Both the position numbers and the translations under genes were made by a program. Below are positions 54,009-64,000 of a stretch of DNA of 64,000 nucleotides, piece after piece; position 1 is the first letter of the stretch; each line of letters starts with the position of its first letter. This DNA is from the human T2T-CHM13v2.0 reference genome, Homo sapiens: assembly GCF_009914755.1 (NCBI RefSeq), contig NC_060938.1; one strand, 5' to 3'. Below the pieces are notes generated by a model. The model worked only from the letters and a program-made list of their open reading frames with translations, searched no databases and was not told where the DNA came from.

Positions 54009-56214
54009 TTAATTTTGATTCAACCTGCTGTTCTTTAATTACGATGAGAGCACGTGCTTATTCATATCTTTGTTAATAATTTGCATTGTCTTTTCATAAA
54101 CTATCTGAAAAGATTTTTGAAAGATCAGTGGTCCACAGAAGAGGATCATTTGCAGACTAGACTGAGCAGATGAATGTGGCATTGAGGGCACAGTTAAGGT
54201 CACGTTGGAACTAAGCCTCCAGATGTCCAAAAACTCCTGTTGCTTGTCATGCAAATACTCCTCCAACTTGCAAAATGTCTTCAGCCCAGGGAAATCAGCT
54301 TCTGTCCAAAATATGGTAATGATGGAAGTCAGTCTTTCAGGACTCTTTGCTTATAAAAAGCTAGACCCTGGATGGCATTCTCTCAACAAGGAGACAAGAG
54401 GTCTGGCGGGCAAAAGAAAAGTAAGACTGAAAATGAAGGAAGGGTTGAGCAAGAACAAATACCTGCTGAGGACCTGCTGCCCAGAACACATAATGCGTTT
54501 CTCTCTGCTTTTTCCTGGCATTCCCAGTTTCAAGTCACTGTGGTCCTCCCATCCCTTGCCCAGTTAAGCTTATCTATGTTTCCGTTCTAGCATAAGAATG
54601 TTTTCATTAGATTTTCCAAATAGAGAAATGTTTTTCAATTACTCTGGTTTTGAAATAAACTTTGAACACAGGCATTGCAGCAAAAGTCTCTGATTCATTT
54701 CCTAGAAAAGGGAACATACGAAAATGAATCACCCTCCCTTTTTATTAGCACATCAGAGAGGCACAGAGTACTGAGTCATCAGTATTAAGGTAATGTATAA
54801 TGGTCAGATAATTAGAAATTTAAATGGCTTGGGTTTAATAGGAGGTTTTCAATATTATGAATAGTCAGTGAATTCAAGCCCGACTGAGAAATGCCCCAGA
54901 TGAAGTCTTGCCGATGGGTGTATGTATAATACATGGGTAAGGTTGTTTTATAAGAGACTTATTGACTTTATGGTCAAAGCTCTAGTACCTTCCATCAAAG
55001 TCTTGTTCTAAACCATTGTAAATTAACAGATCAATAGTTAATGGTACTGCCAGCCAAGTTTAAAGCCAAATAACTCAGATTCCAAGACAACTCGATTTTA
55101 CTCATTTGTGATTCAGAGGCACTTTGGTAGACAAATTGATGTTTGTTTAGTCAATTTGTATATCCAGGGTCTTCAGCCTGAACCTACTTTCATTAAGCCC
55201 ACAAAGACCATCTGCAGAGTGGGGCTGACTAATCTGAAGCTTGCTTCATTTTTGTTTGTGTCAAGACCTTTTATTGTAGAGATCCTTCACTAGGGGCATC
55301 TTGTATGATTAAATCTGATCGTCTGTGGTAAGATCTTTAAGATCCTGACTAAATAAAAAGTGGGCTTCATTACAAAGTTGGGAGTGAGAGAACATGAGAA
55401 TGTGTGTGAGAGAAAAAAAGTACATTTTTAAAAGAAATATGAAACAGTTCGAGGGTGGGAGAGTGTGTGTTGTGAGGTGTACATGCCATGTGGCCTGTGG
55501 ATGTATTGGTGGGTGAGGAGTGTTTATGCCGCTTTCCATTGCCTGTTAGCTGTGCCCACCACTTGGGGATTTAAAAAATAGTATTTCTCTAGCTTTAATG
55601 TGAACTCTGTTGGGAGGAAAGAACATAGAGGAAAAAAAATAGATCATGTGTGTTTCTGGCTGCCTGCTCTTTACATGCAAAATTATAAAATAAATAGGAT
55701 CCCAAAATAGTACTGTCTCTGCTCCCAAAGAGATCTTCCACTCCGCTCTGAATTATAAAATCCTCTGTTAAAAAAGGACTAGATAATGAATTAGGCTCAC
55801 GTGGGAAAAATATAGGAGCAGGAGGCAAGACTAATTTAATGGAGGGCTCAGGCTCAGCAGAGCTTGTTGATGTTTGTTGGAGGAGAGTAATATCTCAGTT
55901 CTCAGTCCTGGTGGGAATGGTGCTGTTCTGGGGATGCAGACCCCAAACTGTGGTCATGAGCTTTTCTTTCCTTCCCAAAAAAGCTCTGGGTGAACAATAC
56001 CAAAGAGCCTTCCCATTTAGTCACAAAACCACTTAATTGTTTAAGACAGATAATATTTCTTCAACCCTGACATGCCCAGCTGTCTGGTAGAAGAGAGCTA
56101 TCAAAGCTTTGGCTAAGAAGGCCTGAGGTTTCATCATCTCCTCCTCTCCCTTCCAGCCCCAAGCCACATGATTTTTCATTTGGCATCCAATCACCAAAAC
56201 CAGTACAGCACTTG

Positions 56215-56358
56215 TATCAGACCCAGATTCCTGGGTCGAGATTCTAATCCTGAATCAGAATCTCTGCAAGTAGAGCCCAGGAATGAGCCTTTTTGACTTG
56301 GGCCCCAGTAATTCTTATGCTCGTCCATGTTTTTATGCTAAAAGTTTAAGAGCCACTA
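56215..56358. mobile_element. MER5-like fragment
   Basis: cagattcctggg...tgaatcagaatctctg...gcccaggaat...aattcttatgc...aaagtttaagagccact. Confidence 0.6.
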
Positions 56359-57665
56359 TCATAGTTTCTTTCTTTTGAGCTTCTTTTTTTTTCCTTTCCA
56401 TTTCTAGCTAAGATCACCTTTGCCTCCTCCTCCTCCTCTTCTTCTTCTCCTTTCTTCTTTCTTCTTTAATCCCTATCAAAAGAAGAGCATTTTGATGAGA
56501 TTCTAGAAGACTTTATTGTTCTGGTGGCAGGTTGGCTCTGGTTGGTCATTTGACTGTGACTCAGTTTGGGTCTTGCCTAATCCAGGTTGGATATCCCTGA
56601 GAGAGCCACACTAATCACTTTAACGTTGGTAGTGGGCTACATGTACTCTTTACTCTGTTCTTCAAAAGACATTTCATTGGACCAGGGGAAGAAATGGTGT
56701 CAGAAGACAAAATAACTCCCCTATACTAATCCAGCCTCTGCTTTTAATATAACTGTGAAAATGTCCTCAATGACTTTAATATTATTAATAATTTCTTTTA
56801 TTATATAGTCTGTATAGCCCTTAACCTGAAGAATAATGAACTTAATGTATAGCAAATTCTTAATTATTCACTTTGTGGATTTTTCTAATGTAATTTTTTT
56901 ATTCCAAGGTCAAAGTCTCCAGTGCTCAGAACCCTGCCAAACTGCTATCTCCCAAATAGTTTAAGCTAAACATAACTGGAAAGGTGTATCTGCTACATAA
57001 GTATGGATTCTAGATTTTGCTATAATTTGGTTTCAAATCTATGGTTTTCAATTAAGGGCTATTGATTATTATTATTATTCACATGTGTTAAGAGGAAAGA
57101 GCCAGCTTTTTTTACACATATTTGTTGTTGTTCCCCCCTTTTGTAAAGATAACTTATGGTGATTAGAGAATAGTTCTTAATTCATAAATTATTGAAGCTA
57201 CAATAAAGAGTTTTCATTTTCATGAAGATGTCTTCTCAAAGCTTACCCAATGCTGTAGAGGAAGCTCTTTAAGAGAAGGGAAAAGTCAGATTTAAAGGTC
57301 CCCACCCTATCAACTGGGAAGACACAGCTCCTTGGCCAGGATCTCTCTTGATCTCCTTATTTCTGTTCCAGCTTCATTTCTGGATAGCCTGACATTTGTC
57401 AAGGCTGTAGACTGGAAGACACTCTCCAACATTTTGTTCTGCTCTTTCCCCAATCCCATCTCCACCCTCCAGTACTCCCAGAGAGATCCGCACACCTCAG
57501 AGCAGGATTTGAAGGCCAAGCCAACTGATAGCTGACACTTCCACCAAGGTCGGACAACCAAGGTTTCCCAACTCTGACTTAACCCTGTAGGCTCCAATGG
57601 GACTTAACCCAGGCTTCTGTTTGACCATCTCACACTGTGTATTATTAGCTATATTTGAAGCCCGA

Positions 57666-60600
57666 CTTTTCCTTTTTAATTGTGGGTACATAGTAAGTGT
57701 ATATATTTATGGAGTACCTGAGATATTTTGATACAGGCATTCAATGCATAATCACATCAGGGTAAACGGGGTATCCATCACCTCAAGCATTTATCCTTTC
57801 TTTGTGTTACAAACAATCCAATTATACTCTTTTAGTTACTTTTAAATGTATAATAAGTTATTGTTGACCATAATCACGATGTTGTGCTATCAAATACTAG
57901 GTCTTATTTATTCTAACTATATTTTTGTACCCATCAACCATCTCCTCTTTTCCTTCCTCCTCATATCCTTCCCAGACTCTGGTGACCATTATTGTACTCT
58001 CTCTCTCTCTCTCCAAGACAGTAGAATGAGTTCAATTGTTTTAATTTTTAGCCCTCACAAATAAGTGAGAATATGCGGTTTGTCTTTTCAGTGACTGGCA
58101 TATTCCACCTAGCATAATGGCCTCCAGTTCCATCCATGTTGCTGCAAATGACAGGATGTCATTAGTTTTTATGGCTGAATAGCACTCCATTGTGCATATG
58201 TTCCACATTTTCTTTATCCATTCATCTGTTTATGGACACAGGTTGCTTCCAAATCTTGGCTATTGTGAAAAGTACTGCAATAAACATGGGAGTGCAGATA
58301 TCTCTTCAATATACTGATTTCCCTTCTTTTGGGTGTATATCTAGCAGTGGAATTGCTAGGTTATATGGTATCTCTAGTTTTAGTGTTTTGAGCAACCTCC
58401 AAACTGTTCTCCAGTGGTTGTACTTATTTACATTACTGACAGTGTACAAGTGTTCCCTTTTTTTCACCTCCTCACTGGCATTCATTATTGCCTGTCTTTT
58501 GCATAAAAGGCATTTTAACTGGGGTGGCATGATTTCTCATTGTTTTTGATTTGCATTTCTCTGACGATAAATGATGTTGAGCACCTTTTCATATACCTGT
58601 TTGCCATTTGTATGCCTTCTTCTGAGAAATTTCTGTTCAGATCTTTAGTCCATTTCCTAATCATATTATTAGATGGTTTCTTATTGAGTATTTTGAGCTC
58701 CTTATATATTCTGGTTATTAATCCCTTGCTGGATGGGTAGTTTTCAAATATTTTCTCTCATTCTGTAGGTTATCTCTTTGTTAATTGTTTCCTTCACTGT
58801 GTGGAAGCTTTTTAACATAAGGTGATCTCATTCATCCATTTTTGCTTTGGCTGCCTTTGCTTGTGGGATATTACTCAAGAAATCTTTGCCCAGTTCAATG
58901 TACTAGAGAGTTTCACCAATGTTTTCTTGTAGTAGTTTTATATTTTGAGGTGTTAGATTTAAGTCTTTAATCCATTTTAGTTTGATTTTTGTATATGACA
59001 AGAGATAGGGGACTAGTTTCATTCTTCTGCATATGGATATCCAGTTTTCCCAGCATCATTTATTGAAGAGACCATCCCTTCTCCAGCATATGTTCTTGGC
59101 ACTTTTGTTGAAAATGATTTCACTATAAATGTATAAATTTATTTCTGAGTTATCTATTTTGTTCCATGGTCTATATATCTGTTTTTATGCCAGTACCATG
59201 CTGTTTTGGTAACTGTAGCTCTGTAGTATAATTTGAAGTTAGATAATGTGATTCCTCCAGTTTTGTTCTGTTTGCTCAGGATAGCTTTGGTGATTCTGGG
59301 TCTTTTGTGGTTCCATATAAATTTTAGGATTACTTTTTCTATTTCTGTGAAGAATGTCATTGGTAATTTGATAGGGATTGCATTGAATCTATAGATTGCT
59401 TTGGGTAGCATGGACATTTTTACAATATTAATTTTTCCAAACCATGAACATGAAATATCTTTTATTTTTTGTGTCCTCTTCAATCTATCATATCAATGAT
59501 TTATAGTTTTCATTATAGAGATCTTTCACTGCTTAAATTTATTCCTAGGTATTTTATTTTATTTGTAGCTATTGTAATTAGGATTACATTCTTGATTTCT
59601 TTTTTAGCTTGTTAGCTGTTGGCACATAGAAATGCTACTGACTTTGTATCCTGCAACTTCACTGAATTTGTTAATCAGTTCTAATAGTTTTTTGGTGGAA
59701 TCTTTAGGTTTTCCTAAATACAAGATCATATTATCGGCAAACAAGGTTAATTTGACTTCTTCCTTTCCAATTTGGAGGATCTTTATTTCTTTTTCTTTTC
59801 TGATTGCTCTAGCTAGGACTTCAGTACTATGTTGAATTGCAGTGGTGAAAGTGGGCATCCTTGTCATCTTCCAGATCTTAGAAGAAAGGTTTTTAGTTTT
59901 GCCTCCTTTAGTATGATACTAGCTGTGGGTGTGTCACATTTTATTCTTTTTTCTGTTTTTCTGTTTTATTCTGTTGGGGTATTTTCCTCCTATACCCAGT
60001 TTTTTGACTGTTTTTATCATGAAGAAATACTAATTTTATCAAATGTTTTTTCAGCATCAACTGAAATGATCGTATGGCTTTTGTCTTTCATTTTGTTGAT
60101 ACAATGTATCACATTGATTGATTTGCATATGTTGAACCGTTCTTGCATTCATGGGATAAATCTCACTTGGTCATGGTGAATAATTTTTTTAATGTGTTGT
60201 TAAATTCAGTTTCCTGTTGAATTCAGTTTCCTAGTACTTGCTGAATTCAGTTTCCTAGTACTTTGTTGAGAACTTTTACATCAATGTTCATGGGGAATAT
60301 TGGCTAGTAGTTTTCTTTCTTTCCTTTTTTTTGGTGTACTTTCTTTGGTTTTGATATTAGAGTAATATTGGCCTCACAGAATGAATTTGGAAGTATTCCC
60401 TACTCTTCTATTTTTTGAAATAGTTTGAATACAATTGATATTAGTTCTTCTTTAAATGTTTGTTAAAACTGAGCAGTGAAGCCATCAGGTCCTAGGATTT
60501 GCTTTGCTAAGAGATTTTTTTTATGGCTTCAGTCTCATTATTTGTTTTTGGTCTGTTCAGATTTTAGGTTTCTTCATAGTTCAATCTAGGTAGGCTGCAG

Positions 60601-63600
60601 GTTTCTAGGAATTTATTTACTTTATTTAGGATTTCTCATTTATTGACATATAGTTGCTCATAATAGTCTCTAATGATCCTTTCAATTTCTGTGTTTTGGT
60701 TTTAATATCTCCTTTTTCATCTGATTTTATTTATTTAGGTCTTTTTTCTTTCTTTCTTACAGTGGCCAAAGGTTTGTTGATTTTCTTTATCTTTTCAAAA
60801 AACCAACGTTTTGTTTCATTGATTGATATGATTTGGTTGTGTTTCCACCCAAATCTCAGCTTGAATTGTAACTCTCATAATCCCCATGTGTCATGGGAGG
60901 GACCCAGTGGGAGGTAATTGAATCATGGGGGCTGTTCCCCCCATCCTGTTCTTGTGATAGTGAGTTCTCATGAGATCTGATGGTTTTATAAGCATCTGGT
61001 GATTCCCCTGCTGGTACCCCTCTGTCTCCTGCTACCATGTGAAGAAGGACGTGTTTGCTTCCCCTTCCACCATGAATGTAAGTTTCCTGAGGCCTTCCCA
61101 GCCATGCAGAACTGTGAGTCAGTTAAACCTCTTTTTTCTTTTGAAATTACCCAGTCTCGGGTATGTCTTTACAGCAATGTGAGAATGGACTAATACATTA
61201 ATCTTCTGTATTGTTTTCTTCATTTCAATTTTACTTACTTCTGCTCTAATCTTTGTTTCTTCCCTTCTACTAATGTTGGGTTTGGTTTGTTCTTGCTTTC
61301 CTAGTACTTTAAGTTATATCATTAGGTTATTTGAAGTTTTTCTTCTTTTTTAATATAGGTGCTTATTGCTATAAACTTTCCTCTTAGTACTGTTTTCAGT
61401 GTATCCCATAGGTTTTGATATGTTGTGTCTTTATTTTCACTTGTTTCAAGAAGATTTTCCATTTCTTAATTTCTTCATTGACCCAACGGTCATTCAGGAA
61501 CATATTATTTAATTTCCATGTGTTCGTATAGTTTCAAAAATTCCTCATATTATTGATTTCTAGATTTATTCCACTGTGGTCGGAGAACATCCTTAATGTT
61601 ATTTTTATTTTATTGGCTGTTTTAAGGTTTGTTTTGTGACCTAATATATGGTCTATCTTTGAGAAGGGTCTATGTGCTGAGGAAAAGAATGTGTATTCTA
61701 TAGCTATTGGATGAAATGTTCTGAAAATATCTATTAGGTCTATTTGTTCTATAGAGAAGATTAAGTCCAATATTTGTTGATTTTGTGTCTGGATAATCTG
61801 TCCAATGTTGAAAGTGGAGTGTTGAAGTTTCCAGCTATTATTGTATTGGGGTTTGTCTCTTTCTTTAGCTCTAACAGTATTTGCTTTGTATATCTGAGTG
61901 CTCCAGTGTTTGATGCATATATATTTATAATTGTGATATTCTGTTGCTGAATTGACCCCTTTATCATTATATAATTACCTTCTTTGTCTCTTTTTATAGT
62001 TTTTGTTTTGAAATCTATTTAGTCTGATATAGCTTCTCCTGTTGTTGTTGTTTTTTTTTTCTTTTTTTGGTTTCCATTGGCATGAAATATTTTTTTCCAT
62101 CCTTTTGTTTTCTGTTGACATGTGTCTTTATGGGTGAAGTGTATTTCTTGTAGGCAGCAGATCATTGGGTCTTGTTTTTTTATCCATTCAGCCACTCTCT
62201 GTCTTTTGATTGGAGAGTTTAGTCCATTTACATTCAATGTTATTATTACCTAAGCACTTATTTCTCCCACTTTGCTTTTATTTTCTAGTTGTTTTGTGGT
62301 CTTCTTTTCCTTTTTTTTTCCTTCCCTTCTGCCTTCCTTTAGTGAGGGTGATTTCCTCTGGTGGTATGTTTTAAATTCTTGCTTTCTATATTTTGTGTAT
62401 CTGTTGTATTTATTTTATTTGATGCTTGGGAATAATATTGTATAATCCATTGTTTTATACTGACAACACTGATTACATAAACAAACAAACTTACAAACAA
62501 GCAAAGAAAACACTAACAAAAACTTGACACTTTAACTGCATCCTGCCACTTTTTAACTTTTTGTTGTTTCTGTTTATATCTTTATTATACTGTCTATGTT
62601 TTGAAAGGTTGTTATAGTCATTATTTTTGATAGGTTCATGTTTTTGTCTTTCTACTTAAGATATGAGTAGTTTACACATCAAAATTACAGTGTTATAATC
62701 TGTGTTTGTCTATGTACTTACTATTACTAGTGAGTTTTGTAGCTTCAGATGACTTCTTATTGCTCATTAATAGCCTTTTCTTTCAGGTTGAAGAACTCCC
62801 TTTAGCATTTATTGTAGGACAGGTCTGGAGCTGATGAAATCCCTCAGCTTTTGTTTGTCTGGGAAAGTCTTTATTTCTCCTTCATGCCTGAAAGATATTT
62901 TCACTGGATATACCATTCTAGGGTAAAAGTTTTTTTCCTTCAGCACCTTAAATATGCCATTCCACTCTCTCCTTGTGTGTAAGGTTTCCACTGATAAGTC
63001 TACTGACAGATGTACTGGAGTTCCTTTGTATGTGATTTCTTTCTTTTCTCTTGCTAAAAGTAGCAAGATTCCTTCTTCATCCTTGACCTTTGGGAGTTTG
63101 ATTATTAAATGTCTTGATATAGTCTTTTGGGGATTAAATCTGCTTGGTGTTCTATAACCTTCTTGTACTTGAATATTGATATCTTTCTCTAGTATTGGAA
63201 AGTTCTCTGTTATTATTTCTTTGAATACAGTTTCCATACTCTCTCTCTCTCTACCTCCTCTTCAAGGCCAATAACTCTTAGATTTGTCCTTTTGAGGCTA
63301 TTTTCTAGATCTTCTGGCATGCTTTATTCTTTTTTATTCTGTTTTCTTTTGTCTCCTCTGACCATGTATTTTCAAATAACTTATCTTCAAGCTTACTAAT
63401 TCTTCTGCCTGATCAAGTCTGCTATTAAGGGACTCTGATGCTTTTTTCAGTACATCAATTGCATTTTTGAGCTTCATAATTTCTTCTTGATTGTTTTTAT
63501 TACATAAATCTCTTTGTTATATTTATCTAATAGAACTCTGAATTCCTTCTCTGTATTATCTTGAATTTCATTGAGCATCCTCAAAACAGCTACTTTGGAT

Positions 63601-64000
63601 TCCATATCTTAAAAGTCACGTATCTCTGTCTATCAGAGATTGACCTCCTGATGGCTTATTTAGTTTATTTGATTAGGTTATGTTTTCCTGGATGGTCTTG
63701 ATGCTTGTGGATATTTATCCACATCTAGGAATTGAAGAATTAGGTATTTATTGTAGTCTTTGCAGACATGTTCATGCCTGTCCTTCTGGGGAAGGCTTTC
63801 CAAGTATTCAAAGAGACTTGGGTGTTATGATCTAAGTTTTTGGTCACTAGAGCCATATCTGGATTAGGGATTATCCCAAGCCCAACAATGCTGTGGCTCT
63901 TGCAGACTCATAGAGGTACTACTGCCTTGGTGGCCTTGGGTAAGATCTGAGAGAAATCCCTGGGTTACCAGGCAGAGATACTTTTCTCTTACTTTCCCCC
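57666..64000 (-). mobile_element. L1MA (MA1-MA3-like) LINE-1, >6 kb, running off the window end; ORFs broken
   Basis: 3' end tgggtacatagtaagtgtatatatttatgg...ggggtatccatcacctcaagcatttatcc; ORF2 remnants (59154-59483, 61534-62237) and an ORF1 C-terminal remnant (62809-63237) separated by a long inter-ORF spacer. Confidence 0.92.
60824..61197 (+). mobile_element. THE1C/D solo LTR inserted in L1MA ORF2
   Basis: tgatatgatttgg...ggactaataca; TSD ttgat/ttaat at 60819-60823 and 61198-61202. Confidence 0.9.

Noticed and set aside
54205-54567. 120-aa plus-strand ORF in unique DNA
   Set aside because: Non-ATG start, no recognisable domain, no convincing flanking splice sites.

Overview
Primate (human-like) intronic or intergenic DNA, rich in repeats. 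I recognise no cellular protein-coding exon, RNA gene or CRISPR array. Every recognisable ORF in the track comes from Alu, L1, MaLR or microsatellite sequence. The first 35 kb mixes unique DNA with Alus, MaLR/ERVL LTRs, MIR/L2 relics and DNA-transposon fossils. The last 29 kb is dominated by three long, dead, minus-strand L1s (L1PA7-like, a full-length L1PA8-11-like copy, and L1MA-like), two of which carry nested insertions. The main unexplained structure is at 9.1-13.0 kb, in sequence I do not recognise as any repeat. A ~500-bp hub (10584-11077) with a palindrome-rich core appears to have donated two inverted copies to sites ~1.2 kb away on either side. Copy 1 (9162-9332, ~90% identical) sits inside a MIR, with fold-back snippets and a target duplication at its junctions. 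Copy 2 (12217-12431) joins two donors 1.8 kb apart (12903-12977 and 10930-11071) at a junction that fits either a 6-nt microhomology switch or a GT-AG splice. All alignments and identities were done by eye, and subfamily calls come from remembered consensus motifs, so they need RepeatMasker/Dfam confirmation.
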